Shown piece by piece: positions 19,327 through 29,399 of a DNA stretch of 64,000 nt. Source of the stretch: Bacteroidota bacterium (GTDB taxonomy: Bacteria; Bacteroidota; Ignavibacteria; UBA10030; SZUA-254). How positions within the stretch are numbered: position 1 is the first letter of the stretch; every line of letters begins with the position of its first letter. The stretch spans positions 36,157 through 100,156 of the forward strand of contig DATKPE010000033.1 in NCBI GenBank assembly GCA_035524335.1. The letters are read 5' to 3'. The position numbers were made by a program, and so were the translations under genes. A model generated the notes under the pieces. It had not been told where the DNA came from. It searched no databases and saw nothing but the letters and a program-made list of their open reading frames with translations.

Positions 19327-20157
19327 TTAGAGACGTCCCACAAGTTCCTTCATGATCATCGTCAACTTCGGCTCGGCCGCATTTGCAACCGCGATGATCT
19401 CGGCAACGTCGACGGGACGGAGCGTCTCGGGGAAACATTCGTCGGTGATGATCGACATTCCGAAGACCCGCATGCCCATGTGGTTGGCCACAATCGATTC
19501 CGGAACGGTCGACATGCCGACCGCATCGGCGCCGATCTTCCGGAGAAACCGGTACTCGGCTCTGGTTTCAAGATTGGGCCCCTGGACCGCCACGAAGACG
19601 CCGCGGCGAAGCGGAATCCGCTTCCGGCCGGCGAGCCTGCCGGCAAGCGCGATCAGGCCGCGGTCGTACGGTTCCGACATGTCGGGGAACCGGGGACCGA
19701 GCTCCGGATCGTTCGGGCCGATGAGAGGATTGTCTCCCTGGAGGTTGATATGATCCGTAATGATCATCAGATCGCCGCGGCGGAATTTCGGGTTCATTCC
19801 CCCTGCGGCGTTCGAGATGAGAAGGGTGCCGACCCCGAGGCCCGCCTTTGCCGACATGACGCGGACCGGGTAGGTCACCTGCTGCATCGTGTAGCCTTCA
19901 TAATAGTGAAACCGCCCCTGCATCGCCACGATCCGCTTTCCCGAAAGCGTTCCGAAGATCAGCTTCCCGTGATGCGACTCGACGGTCGACACGGGAAAAT
20001 GCGGGATCTCCTCGTAGTCGAGGACCGTTTCCGCGTCGATCTCCTTCACCAGCCCGCCGAGTCCCGTTCCGAGGATGATGCCGATCTCCGGCTTCGACCG
20101 GGTGTGCCGCCGGATGTACCGGAGGGTTTCGCCGAGCTGTTTCTTCAACGGACTCAT
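19327..20157 (-). CDS. purine nucleoside phosphorylase (PNP family I, PunA/MTAP-like)
   Basis: 276 aa. [12 protein letters not shown] phosphate-binding loop, GRFHYYEGY, and a MSTVPE/ITDE region typical of trimeric PNP/MTAP. Confidence 0.8.
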   Translation of the reverse strand: MSPLKKQLGETLRYIRRHTRSKPEIGIILGTGLGGLVKEIDAETVLDYEEIPHFPVSTVESHHGKLIFGTLSGKRIVAMQGRFHYYEGYTMQQVTYPVRVMSAKAGLGVGTLLISNAAGGMNPKFRRGDLMIITDHINLQGDNPLIGPNDPELGPRFPDMSEPYDRGLIALAGRLAGRKRIPLRRGVFVAVQGPNLETRAEYRFLRKIGADAVGMSTVPESIVANHMGMRVFGMSIITDECFPETLRPVDVAEIIAVANAAEPKLTMIMKELVGRL

Positions 20158-20696
20158 TGTTCGTCACCGAGAGTTTTGATGATCTCTTCGATCTCCCGCA
20201 TCTCGTCCGACTCCTTCAGACCGGTGCGGACGCGTTCGGGGGAGAACGACGGTTCCCCGCTGTCGAATGACCGGATCATATCAAGTTCCGACTGGAGGAA
20301 AAGCTTCAGCCGTTCGCGGATGGCGTCCCTCTTCGCGGTCAGGATGATCGTCGCCTCCTTCACCCCGGTCAGCGCGGCGTACGCCTCCTCGATGGTGCGC
20401 GCCGCCTTTCCCGCCGCCTCCTGACGGATGAGATCGGCCTCCTTCTTCGCGGCATCGACGGTTCGCGCGCTGGTCTCCTGGGCCTGCACCAGCGTCTGCT
20501 GGATGGAGCGTTCGAGCGTCCGGACGGCGTTCACCTCCGCTTCGAGCGAGGCGACACGCTGTTCGAGCTGGTCCTTCTGCAGGACGAGAAGCCGGCAATA
20601 GTCGGCGACCTCCCGCAGAAACGAATTGACTTCAGACGAGTCGGCACCGCGGAATTTCCGCCGGAACGTCCGTCCTGCCACCATGTTGGGATCCAT
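20154..20696 (-). CDS. DivIVA-domain protein
   Basis: N-terminal DivIVA motif ([23 protein letters not shown]) followed by a long coiled coil. Start set at MDPNM (20696), 2 nt from the yggS stop; its stop overlaps the PNP start. Confidence 0.7.
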   Translation of the reverse strand: MDPNMVAGRTFRRKFRGADSSEVNSFLREVADYCRLLVLQKDQLEQRVASLEAEVNAVRTLERSIQQTLVQAQETSARTVDAAKKEADLIRQEAAGKAARTIEEAYAALTGVKEATIILTAKRDAIRERLKLFLQSELDMIRSFDSGEPSFSPERVRTGLKESDEMREIEEIIKTLGDEQ

Positions 20697-20697
20697 T

Positions 20698-21411
20698 TCA
20701 GTCTCTCCTGTTCTGGAGGCCGACCGGGACGGCCGGGGTGCGCGCTCCAAAAATAGCGGTCCCCACCCGGATCAGCGTTGCACCTTCTTCGACTGCAATT
20801 TCAAAATCGTTCGTCATGCCCATCGACAGATGGGGAAGAAAAATACCATCCCGCCTGCAGGAATCCTGGAGACCTGCGAGTTCGCGGAACGCCGGACGCG
20901 ACTGCTCCGGATCGGGAAGCATCGGCCCGATGGTCATGAACCCTGCGACCGCGAGACGGGGAAGAGCGAGGAGACGCTCCGTCAGGCCTTGGGCATCCTT
21001 CACCGCAGTGCCGAATTTTGTCCGCTCACCGGTCGTATTCACCTGGACGAGGACCGTCGCGACGATGCCCGCGTCCGACGCTCTGGCGGATATTTCCTGC
21101 CCGAGCTGAAACGAATCGACGGAGTGGATGAGCCCGACACGGCCGATCAGCGATCGGACCTTGTTCCGCTGCAGGTGGCCTATGAAATGCCAGCGAACAC
21201 GGGGATCCTTCACAATCTCCTGTTTTCGCAGCATTTCCTGCACGTAATTTTCACCGATGTCCGCAACGCCGGCCTCAACGGCTTCGGAGATCAACGAACC
21301 GGGAAACGTCTTCGCAACGGCGAGAAGGACAACATCCTGCGGATTCCGACCTCTCCGTGCGCACGCACCCGCGACGCGATCGCGGATATTTCGGATATTC
21401 TCGGAGATCAT
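20698..21411 (-). CDS. yggS: YggS-family pyridoxal-5'-phosphate homeostasis protein
   Basis: 237 aa, alanine-racemase N-terminal barrel fold. PLP lysine lies in LLAVAKTFP. C-terminal IGTAIFG motif. Confidence 0.8.
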   Translation of the reverse strand: MISENIRNIRDRVAGACARRGRNPQDVVLLAVAKTFPGSLISEAVEAGVADIGENYVQEMLRKQEIVKDPRVRWHFIGHLQRNKVRSLIGRVGLIHSVDSFQLGQEISARASDAGIVATVLVQVNTTGERTKFGTAVKDAQGLTERLLALPRLAVAGFMTIGPMLPDPEQSRPAFRELAGLQDSCRRDGIFLPHLSMGMTNDFEIAVEEGATLIRVGTAIFGARTPAVPVGLQNRRD

Positions 21412-21559
21412 CGGCGTGCCAGGAGATCAATATACCTGATTTCCGTCAAAAAATCAACGAACTGCACCGGGGGATTACTTGACTTAGGATTATTTTTTTG
21501 TTTCCTTGCATCAAATACGACTGTTTCAGACAAACGGTCAGCTCCGACAACCGCTCCCT

Positions 21560-22972
21560 ATGGATACTTTCGAATTCGACGATACCGAACACCGGGACGA
21601 TTTCGATCAGAACAAAAGCGACGACGAACAGATTCAGCGCCTGCAGGAACACCTCCACGACCAGGGCTTTCTGAATATCGAGTCGCTCGAGGAAATCATC
21701 AATTATTACTTCGAAAAGGAACGGTTCGAAGATGCGCTCCATTTCACCTCCCTTCTGCTCGAACACCTGCCGTTCAATGCCGACGCATGGCAGAGAAAAG
21801 GGATCATCCTCAATCATCTTCAACGGCATGAGGAGGCGCTCGCCTGCTTCGACAAGGCGCTGGCGCTCAATCCCGTCGACGCCGAACTCTTTCTGAACCG
21901 GGGCATCGCGCTGGAACACCTCGGCCGCTATGAGGAAGCCCTCGCATCGCTCGACAAGCTCCTCGAACTCGATTCCTTCAATGAGGACGGACTCTTCAGC
22001 AAGGGGATCGTGTTCGAAAAGCTCGAGCGGTTCCCCGAGGCGATCGGGATATTCCAGTATCTCCTCGACATCACCCCCCAGCACAAGGACGCCCTCTACG
22101 AGCTCGGCTACTGTTACGACTGTTCGAACAACCTCGAGGAGGCCCTCCGCTGTTACGAACGCCACCTCGACCTCGATCCGTTCAACTACAACGCCTGGTA
22201 CAACCGCGGCATCGTCCTGAACCGGCTCGCCCGCTATTCCACCTCGATCGAGAGCTACGACCTCGCCATCGCGCTCCGGCCGGAGTTCACCGCCGCCTGG
22301 TACAACAAGGGAAACGCCTTCGCCAACCTCGGCAGACTGCACGACGCGATCCACTGCTACCGCGAAACGCTCCGCATCGACGTGAAGGACATCCCCGCCT
22401 GGCATAATCTGGGCAACGCCTACGAGGAACTCGGCCTCTTCACGGAGGCGATCAAGTGCTTCACCCAGGCGATCAAATTTGATCCGACCCATTACGAATC
22501 GTACTTCGGCCGCGGGAGCTGTTACGATTCCCTCGCCCAGCACCGGAAGGCCTACAACGACTACAACAAGGCGCTCACCCTCTGCAAAACCTATCCCGAA
22601 CTCTGGTACGCGAAGGCCGACGCGGCCTATAATCTCGGAAAGTGGAAGGAAGCGCTCTACAGCTACCGGATGACGGTCCGCTTCGATCCCGCCAATACCG
22701 AAGCCTGGTTCGACCTCGGCGAAACACTACTCGAATACGGATATTTCAAGGAAGCCCTCAAATCGTTCAACAAATGCATCGAACTGGAACCGAAGTGGTC
22801 CGATCCCCACTACAGCAGGGCCAAGGTTCTCTTTCTCATGCGCAAGACGTTCGATGCCATCGAATCCCTCAAGACATCCTTCCAGCTCGACCCGCTCAAG
22901 AAAAACATGTTCGAACAGGAGTTTCCCGGCGTCCACTCGCTTTCGGAATTCACCCGCATCCTGAAAAAGTAG
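21560..22972 (+). CDS. tetratricopeptide-repeat (TPR) protein
   Basis: About 12 consecutive 34-aa TPR units (e.g. AWYNRGIVLNRLARYSTSIESYDLAIALRPEFTAAWYNKGNAF...). Start is ambiguous: 21506 in the track or 21560, the first Met of the protein-like region. Confidence 0.75.
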   Translation: MDTFEFDDTEHRDDFDQNKSDDEQIQRLQEHLHDQGFLNIESLEEIINYYFEKERFEDALHFTSLLLEHLPFNADAWQRKGIILNHLQRHEEALACFDKALALNPVDAELFLNRGIALEHLGRYEEALASLDKLLELDSFNEDGLFSKGIVFEKLERFPEAIGIFQYLLDITPQHKDALYELGYCYDCSNNLEEALRCYERHLDLDPFNYNAWYNRGIVLNRLARYSTSIESYDLAIALRPEFTAAWYNKGNAFANLGRLHDAIHCYRETLRIDVKDIPAWHNLGNAYEELGLFTEAIKCFTQAIKFDPTHYESYFGRGSCYDSLAQHRKAYNDYNKALTLCKTYPELWYAKADAAYNLGKWKEALYSYRMTVRFDPANTEAWFDLGETLLEYGYFKEALKSFNKCIELEPKWSDPHYSRAKVLFLMRKTFDAIESLKTSFQLDPLKKNMFEQEFPGVHSLSEFTRILKK

Positions 22973-22998
22973 CCGGACCGAGCGGACCCGAACCCAGC

Positions 22999-23859
22999 AT
23001 GAACCGGGACCTAGAAGAGAAATATCTCCATCTGCAGTCGATTCTCCGTTCGATGGACTCCCTCGTCATCGGCTATTCCGGCGGGGTCGACAGCACACTC
23101 CTCCTGAAGGTCGCCGCCGACGTCCTGGGCGCCCGCGCACTCGCCGTCATCGGAAAATCCGAAACCTATCCGACCCGCGAATACGAGGAGGCGGTGAAGG
23201 TCGCCGCGGAGATCGGCGCCCGTGTGGCGGAAGTCCGGACCGAGGAAACCGACAACCTCAAATTCCGGGAGAACCCGGCCGACAGATGTTACTACTGCAA
23301 GACGGAACTTTTTTCGAAACTCCGCGCAATTGCGGCCGAACGATCGATCCGGTGGATCGCCGACGGCACCATCGTCGACGACCTGTCCGACTTCCGGCCC
23401 GGCATGCTGGCGCGGTCGGAGCAGGAAGTCCGCTCGCCGCTCCTCGAGGCCGGATTCCGGAAGCAGGATGTCCGCGATCTCTCCCGGGAACTCAACCTGC
23501 CGACCTGGAACAAGGGCTCATTCGCCTGTCTCTCCTCCCGCTTTCCGTACGGGACGGGGATCACGAAGGAGAATCTTTCCCGGGTCGACCGGGCGGAATC
23601 GCTCTTCCGCGACAACGGTTTCCGGCATTTCCGGGTCCGACAGCATGATGAACACACCGCCAGGATCGAAGTGGGTCCCGAGGAGATCGGGCGCCTGTTC
23701 GAGGGGGAACTGCGGACGGCGATCGTCGCGCGCCTGAAGGAGCTCGGCTTCACCTATGTGACCCTCGATCTGCAGGGATACCGCACCGGCTCGATGAACG
23801 AGGTTCTGCCGCAGGACCCTCACGGGACCGCGGGCGGCACTGCGCCGCTCCCGGCGTAA
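22999..23859 (+). CDS. larE: LarE-family ATP-dependent sacrificial sulfur transferase / PP-loop ATP pyrophosphatase (TIGR00268-like)
   Basis: PP-loop SGGVDST near the N-terminus, CYYCK, and the LarE-type motif SFACLSSRFPYG (Ser-x-Cys-Leu-Ser-Ser-Arg). Track ORF 22642.. extends upstream through arginine-rich non-protein-like sequence, so the start is set at MNRDLEEKY. Confidence 0.75.
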   Translation: MNRDLEEKYLHLQSILRSMDSLVIGYSGGVDSTLLLKVAADVLGARALAVIGKSETYPTREYEEAVKVAAEIGARVAEVRTEETDNLKFRENPADRCYYCKTELFSKLRAIAAERSIRWIADGTIVDDLSDFRPGMLARSEQEVRSPLLEAGFRKQDVRDLSRELNLPTWNKGSFACLSSRFPYGTGITKENLSRVDRAESLFRDNGFRHFRVRQHDEHTARIEVGPEEIGRLFEGELRTAIVARLKELGFTYVTLDLQGYRTGSMNEVLPQDPHGTAGGTAPLPA

Positions 23860-23927
23860 CATTCCGCCCCGGGAACTCTGCGGGATTCCGGATGGTTTAA
23901 CGATTATTGATGACAAGGATCGATCCG

Positions 23928-26900
23928 ATGAAACGTGCCGCTGTACTGCTGTTCTGTTCCCTCGCGGTTCTGTTTTCCTCCGCCTCCGCCCAGGATACCC
24001 AGTTCGGTCAGAATAAGGTCCAGTACCGCGAATTCGAATGGTACTACATCCAGTCGAACCACTTCGACGTCTATTACAGTCTCGGCGGGGAACAGCTGGC
24101 GGCCTTCGCGGCCGATATCGCCGAATCCTCCTACGCGCGGATCAGCGCGTCGTTCCGCTACCAGATCACGAACCGGATCGCCATCGTGGTCTATAATTCG
24201 CACAACGACTTTCAGCAGACGAACGTCGTGAATTCCTATCTCGAGGAAGGCATCGGCGGCGTGACCGAAATGTTCAAGAACCGGGTCGTCCTTCCCTTCG
24301 AGGGGGACTACAAGAAATTCCGGCACGTCATTCACCACGAACTCGTCCATGCCGTCATCAACGACATGTTCTACGGCGGGTCGATCCAGTCGATCATCAC
24401 AAACAACATCACGCTCCAGCTTCCCCTCTGGTTCAACGAGGGGCTGGCGGAATACGAGTCGCTTCACTGGGATACGAACTCCGACATGTTCCTGCGCGAC
24501 GCCGCCCTGCACGAGTATCTCCCGCCGATCAACCGGCTGGACGGGTATTTCGCCTACCGCGGAGGCCAGTCGGTCTGGAACTATATCGCGACCAAGTACG
24601 GGGAGCAGAAGATCTCGGAAATCCTGATGCGCATCAGGAGCTCGCACAATGTGGACCAGGGATTCCGCGCGGCGATCGGGCTCAACGTCGAGGAGCTCTC
24701 TGAGCGCTGGCAGAAGGAGCAGAAAGTGCTCTACTGGCCGGATATCGCAAAACGGACGGAGGCGGAGGATTATGCGAAGCGCCTCACCGATCACCGGAAG
24801 GACGGCAGTTTTTACAACACGAGCCCGGCTCTTTCTCCGGCCGGCGACCGGCTTGCCTTCATCTCCAATCCGGACGCCTACTTCGACGTCTATATCATGA
24901 GCGCCGCCGACGGTTCCTCGCGCGACAAGCTCATCAGCGGCCAGCGCACGCCCGACTTTGAGGAGCTCCACCTTCTGACGCCCGGCATGTCGTGGTCCCC
25001 CGACTCCCGCTTTCTCGCCCTTGCGGCGAAAAGCAGTGACCAGGACGCCATCATCATAAAAAATGTCCAGAACGGCGACGAACAGAAGATTGAACTCGGC
25101 CTCGACGGCATCTTCTCGGTCAGCTGGTCGCCGGAGGGAACCGACTCCCTTCACCCGCGTCACCAGCTTGCCTTCATCGGACTCAAAAACGGCAGATCGG
25201 ACATCTACACCTACGATCTGGACTCGCACCGGCTCGAAAACCTCACGCACGATCCGTTCAGCGACGCCGACCCCTCCTGGTCCCCCGACGGCACGGCCAT
25301 CTATTTCTGCTCCGACCGCGGCGACAACCTGGACCCCGACCGCATCCCCGAAAACTTCAGGATGCAGCACTACGATTTTCACCAGCTCGATCTCTACCGG
25401 CTCGACCTCGCGACAAAAAAGATCTCCCGCCTGCTCCATCTTCCCCAAAGCGACGAGACGTCGCCCGTCGCCGCTCCGGACGGAAAACACCTCCTCTTCG
25501 TCTCCGACCTGAACGGGATCAACAACATCTATGCGCTCTCGCTCGACAGCGGGACCTACCGGCCGCTCACCAATTCCATCAGCGGTGTCTACCAGCTCTC
25601 CCTCTCGAAAGACGGGACAAAACTGGCCTTCAGCTCGCTCGTCTACGCCGGCTTCGACCTCTTCATCCTCCGGAATCCCCTCGATCAGAAAACGCCCCTC
25701 GCATCGCTCGAACCGACGGAGTTCCTCCGGCAGCTTTCGCTCCGGCCCGCCCCCAGGCATGACGACGCCGGCCATCCGGACAGCGTCGCCATCGCGGATG
25801 ATGTCGTGATCAGAACCGACACCCACGATACCAGCGGCGTCTTCGGCAACGCCGTGAAGCTCGACCTCCGCAATTATGTCTTCAACGACAACTACCGCGA
25901 CCGGAAGGAACGGAAACCGGACACCGCGAGGTTCCCCCTTGCCGCGCATAATATCGATTCCCTCGGAAATTACGTGCCGACGAAATACAAGCTGAATTTT
26001 TCAACCGACATCGTCTACGGTAACGCCGGTTATAACACCTTCTACGGCGTCCAGGGATCGACCATCATGGCGTTCAGCGACATGCTGGGCAACCATCAGA
26101 TCTACCTCCTCACCGATCTCTACTTCGATTTCAAGAACAGCAACCTCGCGCTTGCGTACATGTACCTCCCCAAGAGGATCGATTACGGCATCCAGATCTT
26201 TCACAGCGCAAGATTCCTCTACCTGGACGACGATACGCTCGGCGAGCATCTCTACCGCTTCCGCAATTACGGTCTGACCGGGATGGCGTCGTACCCCATC
26301 AATAAATTCAACCGCTGGGAGGGATCCCTCTCCTGGTTCAACATCTCGCGGGAAAACATGGATATCCTGGACGAGCCCGCACAGACCCGGACAGTAATCC
26401 TCCCGTCGGTCAGCTACGTCCACGACAACAGTCTCTGGGGGATGATTTCTCCCGACAACGGCGAGCGCTACAACTTCACCGCCATGGCAAGCCCGAAGAT
26501 TCTCGGCCTGTCGCTCGGGTTCACGAGCATCCTGGGCGACTACAGAAATTACTATCACCTCGGGAAGAACTACACCTTCGCGCTCCGCCTGGCGGCGGGC
26601 GGCAGTTTCGGTCCCGATCCCCAGCGCTTCGTGGTCGGCGGCGTCGACAACTGGATCAACCGGCAGTTCGAAGGAAACCACATTCCGATCGACAGCGCCG
26701 AGGATTTCGTGTTCCTCACCTCGGGCGTCCCGCTCCGCGGCTATAATTACAACGCCGAAATCGGAACGAAATACGGTCTGGTGAATCTCGAGATGCGATT
26801 CCCCTTCTTCGGATACTTTGCCGCCGGCCCGCTTCCCATCTTTTTCCAGAGTCTCTCGGGGGTCCTGTTTCTCGACGTCGGCGCCGCGTGGAATCACCGG

Positions 26901-27089
26901 AGCGACTTCAAGGCCTTCGACCGCGATGCGGGCGGCACGGTCTACATGCGGGATCTCCTGTCGGGAATGGGCTACGGCCTCCGGGTCGCTTTCCTCGGAT
27001 TTCTCCTCAAGATGGACGTGGCGTACGCCTACACGCTGAAGGAATTTTCGGACCCGAAATTTTACCTCTCCCTCGGACCCGATTTCTGA
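23928..27089 (+). CDS. large outer-membrane protein: signal peptide + HExxH metallopeptidase-like domain + TolB-like (PD40) beta-propeller repeats + C-terminal Omp85/surface-antigen beta-barrel
   Basis: Signal peptide MKRAAVLLFCSLAVLFSSASA. HVIHHELVHAVINDMFYGG...NEGLAEYES (zincin-like HExxH...E). Repeated PD40-like segments (SPAGDRLAFISNPDAYFDVYIM; SWSPDGTAIYFCSDRGDN; APDGKHLLFVSDLNGINNIY; SKDGTKLAFSS). The last ~400 aa show the Omp85 barrel pattern (QRFVVGGVDN...LRGYNYN...YTLKEFSDPKFYLSLGPDF). Confidence 0.7.
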   Translation: MKRAAVLLFCSLAVLFSSASAQDTQFGQNKVQYREFEWYYIQSNHFDVYYSLGGEQLAAFAADIAESSYARISASFRYQITNRIAIVVYNSHNDFQQTNVVNSYLEEGIGGVTEMFKNRVVLPFEGDYKKFRHVIHHELVHAVINDMFYGGSIQSIITNNITLQLPLWFNEGLAEYESLHWDTNSDMFLRDAALHEYLPPINRLDGYFAYRGGQSVWNYIATKYGEQKISEILMRIRSSHNVDQGFRAAIGLNVEELSERWQKEQKVLYWPDIAKRTEAEDYAKRLTDHRKDGSFYNTSPALSPAGDRLAFISNPDAYFDVYIMSAADGSSRDKLISGQRTPDFEELHLLTPGMSWSPDSRFLALAAKSSDQDAIIIKNVQNGDEQKIELGLDGIFSVSWSPEGTDSLHPRHQLAFIGLKNGRSDIYTYDLDSHRLENLTHDPFSDADPSWSPDGTAIYFCSDRGDNLDPDRIPENFRMQHYDFHQLDLYRLDLATKKISRLLHLPQSDETSPVAAPDGKHLLFVSDLNGINNIYALSLDSGTYRPLTNSISGVYQLSLSKDGTKLAFSSLVYAGFDLFILRNPLDQKTPLASLEPTEFLRQLSLRPAPRHDDAGHPDSVAIADDVVIRTDTHDTSGVFGNAVKLDLRNYVFNDNYRDRKERKPDTARFPLAAHNIDSLGNYVPTKYKLNFSTDIVYGNAGYNTFYGVQGSTIMAFSDMLGNHQIYLLTDLYFDFKNSNLALAYMYLPKRIDYGIQIFHSARFLYLDDDTLGEHLYRFRNYGLTGMASYPINKFNRWEGSLSWFNISRENMDILDEPAQTRTVILPSVSYVHDNSLWGMISPDNGERYNFTAMASPKILGLSLGFTSILGDYRNYYHLGKNYTFALRLAAGGSFGPDPQRFVVGGVDNWINRQFEGNHIPIDSAEDFVFLTSGVPLRGYNYNAEIGTKYGLVNLEMRFPFFGYFAAGPLPIFFQSLSGVLFLDVGAAWNHRSDFKAFDRDAGGTVYMRDLLSGMGYGLRVAFLGFLLKMDVAYAYTLKEFSDPKFYLSLGPDF

Positions 27090-27095
27090 TGACGG

Positions 27096-28568
27096 TCAGC
27101 TGAGCGGAAGGGTGACGATGAACGTGCTTCCCGCACCCGGCTCGCTCTCGACCGCGATTGTGCCGTGGTGCAGGCCGACGATCCATTGTGCGATGGAGAG
27201 CCCGAGCCCGCTTCCCCCCATGTCGCGCGATCTCCCTTTCTCAACCCGGTAAAACCTGTCGAAGATCTTATTCTGCTCTTCCGGCGCGATACCGACGCCC
27301 GTATCGGCGACGCGGATAACGGCATGCGCTTCCGTCCGGTCGGCGCTCAGGATGACGGTTCCCCCTTCGGGGGTGTATTTCACCGCATTGTCGAGAAGAT
27401 TGAGGAACAGCTGGCGGAGGCGGACCGGATCGCCGAGGACGACCGCATCGGTGTTTCTCGAGAGGCGTACGGTGATCTGTTTTTTCGAGGCGATGACCTC
27501 GCTGTCCTCGTAGAGTTCCGCGATGAGATCGCGGATATTGACCGGCTGGAGCGGAATGTCGGCCAGATCGGCGTCGGCCTTGGCAAGAGCGAGGAGACTG
27601 TCGATAATGGTGGCCAGGCGGAGAATTTCCTCCAGGTTGCTGACGAGGACGCGCCTGTATTCCTCGGGTTCCTTCGTATTCCGGAGGGCGAGCTCGACCT
27701 CCCCTCTCATGATCGTGAGAGGAGTCCGCAGTTCATGGGAAGCGTCGACGGAAAATTGCCGGATGCGGTCGAACGAGAGCCGGAGCCGTTCGATCATGTC
27801 ATTGAAGGTGGCGACCAGCCGGCCGATTTCATCCTGGACGGCCCGGGGAGGGATGCGGGTGGCGAGATTGTGCGCCGAGATCTCGCGGGCGGCCTTCGTT
27901 ATTTCGTCGACCGGGCGGAGCGAGGTATAGGCGAGGAACCAGCCTCCGCCGATGGAGATGGCGAGCGCAATCGGAATGAGAATAAGGAAAATGGAGAAGA
28001 GGTTGTCGAGCACCTCGGTAACCTCGCCGAGCGGATAGGCGACGTAGATGCGGGTCATTTTGGTCGCGGTGGCCACGACACGGAAATCCGTTCCCCGCTC
28101 GCTCCGGACGGTGATGATCCTGGTGGTATCGAGCGGCACTTCGCCGACCATGGGATTCTCCTCTCCCACAGTGAAGGACCGGAAGACGACCAGACCCGAC
28201 TTGTCGGTCACCTCGATCATGGTCTTCTTCCAGTTCATGAGGGCATGCTCATAGATCTGGTTCCAGACCTCTTCATCGGCATCGGACGGCTCCTGGCCTT
28301 CTTCGGGAAGGGGAGGCTGTTCGGGAAGGACGATCGTTTTTTTCTTGGAGACGAATTTTTTGCTCGGGCGCATCCCGCTTCCCCGCGGCTCGATGATCGC
28401 CCTGACCCAGTGGACTTCGTTCAGGAGCGACTTGTCGAGATTATCGAGGAGTTGTTCGCGTGAATAGGTATAGGCGATCAGACCGAAGGCGACGAGGGTG
28501 GTCAGCAGGATGAGGGAATACCAGAGGGTGAGGCGGGTACGGATCGATTTGAAAAAGCCGAGCATCAC
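27096..28568 (-). CDS. two-component sensor histidine kinase (TM - periplasmic - TM - HAMP - HisKA - HATPase_c)
   Basis: Two TM helices flank a ~150-aa periplasmic region. H-box ASHELRTPLTIMRGE. N/G boxes LLDNAVKYT, DTGVGI, GGSGLGLSIA. Its stop overlaps the response-regulator gene start region. Confidence 0.85.
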   Translation of the reverse strand: MMLGFFKSIRTRLTLWYSLILLTTLVAFGLIAYTYSREQLLDNLDKSLLNEVHWVRAIIEPRGSGMRPSKKFVSKKKTIVLPEQPPLPEEGQEPSDADEEVWNQIYEHALMNWKKTMIEVTDKSGLVVFRSFTVGEENPMVGEVPLDTTRIITVRSERGTDFRVVATATKMTRIYVAYPLGEVTEVLDNLFSIFLILIPIALAISIGGGWFLAYTSLRPVDEITKAAREISAHNLATRIPPRAVQDEIGRLVATFNDMIERLRLSFDRIRQFSVDASHELRTPLTIMRGEVELALRNTKEPEEYRRVLVSNLEEILRLATIIDSLLALAKADADLADIPLQPVNIRDLIAELYEDSEVIASKKQITVRLSRNTDAVVLGDPVRLRQLFLNLLDNAVKYTPEGGTVILSADRTEAHAVIRVADTGVGIAPEEQNKIFDRFYRVEKGRSRDMGGSGLGLSIAQWIVGLHHGTIAVESEPGAGSTFIVTLPLS

Positions 28569-29236
28569 TCGTCCTTGAGAACGTACCCGACGCCGCGGAC
28601 GGTGTGCAGCAGTTTCTTCTCGAAAGCGTCGTCGATTTTGCTCCGGAGGTGATTGATATAGACGTCGATCACATTTGTGCCGGTGTCGAAATTATAGCTC
28701 CAGATATGTTCGGAGATGATCGTCCGGGTGAGGACGCGGTTGAGGTTGCGCATGAAATATTCGAGGAGGGCGTATTCGCGGCCGGTGAGGTCGATCAGTT
28801 TCTCCCCGCGCCGCGCCTTATGGGAGACGGTATCGAGCTGAAGGTCGGCGACGCGCAGCATGGTGGTCTTTTCGGTGGCGCCGCGGCGGAGGAGGGAGCG
28901 CGTGCGTGCGAGAAGTTCGGCAAAGGCGAACGGTTTGGTCAGATAATCGTCGGCGCCGCTGTCGAGTCCCTCCACTTTATCGTCGGTGGATGATTTGGCG
29001 GTGAGGATCAGGACGGGGACGGTCATTTTTTTTGCGCGGAGGTTCCGCAGGACGGTGATGCCGTCCTTGATGGGGAGAAAAATGTCGAGAATGATCAGAT
29101 CATAGCCCCCGTCGGAGGCGAGGATTTCTCCCTGGTCTCCGTCGCCGGCGACATCGACCGCGTAGTGCTCCTCCTCCAGACCCTGCTGAATGAATTTCGC
29201 CACCTTTTTTTCATCTTCCACAACGAGAATCTTCAT
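28565..29236 (-). CDS. OmpR-family DNA-binding response regulator
   Basis: MKILVVEDE, phospho-acceptor region LIILDIFLP, and winged-helix C-terminus (LTGREYALLEYFMRN...VRGVGY). Confidence 0.85.
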   Translation of the reverse strand: MKILVVEDEKKVAKFIQQGLEEEHYAVDVAGDGDQGEILASDGGYDLIILDIFLPIKDGITVLRNLRAKKMTVPVLILTAKSSTDDKVEGLDSGADDYLTKPFAFAELLARTRSLLRRGATEKTTMLRVADLQLDTVSHKARRGEKLIDLTGREYALLEYFMRNLNRVLTRTIISEHIWSYNFDTGTNVIDVYINHLRSKIDDAFEKKLLHTVRGVGYVLKDE

Positions 29237-29399
29237 TCACCACTCCGATTGTTTCCATCAATATAAGAAAGTGGTCTTTGGGATGATATTAATGCAATAT
29301 TAAAATTTTTTAAGAAGACGGGCGGATCGGAGATCCCGGCATCCACGGGAACGTCCGCTCTTTCAGGTCAGCGGGAGTTTTTGTATATTAGGCGCACCG
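29237..29399. promoter_or_regulatory. AT-rich divergent intergenic region (promoters of the response-regulator/histidine-kinase operon and the TatT/DctP pair)
   Basis: 163-bp gap between divergently oriented genes, visibly AT-rich (ATATTAATGCAATATTAAAATTTTTTAAGAAG). Confidence 0.3.

Noticed and set aside
21446-22543. 365-aa minus-strand ORF opposite the TPR gene
   Set aside because: The TPR periodicity is on the plus strand. The antisense is E/V/G-rich.
23904-25949. 681-aa minus-strand ORF opposite the Omp85/TolB-like gene
   Set aside because: It is the antisense of a gene with signal peptide, PD40 repeats and barrel motifs. Composition is G/V/D/R-rich.
27165-28463. 432-aa plus-strand ORF opposite the histidine kinase
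   Set aside because: The H, N and G boxes are on the minus strand.
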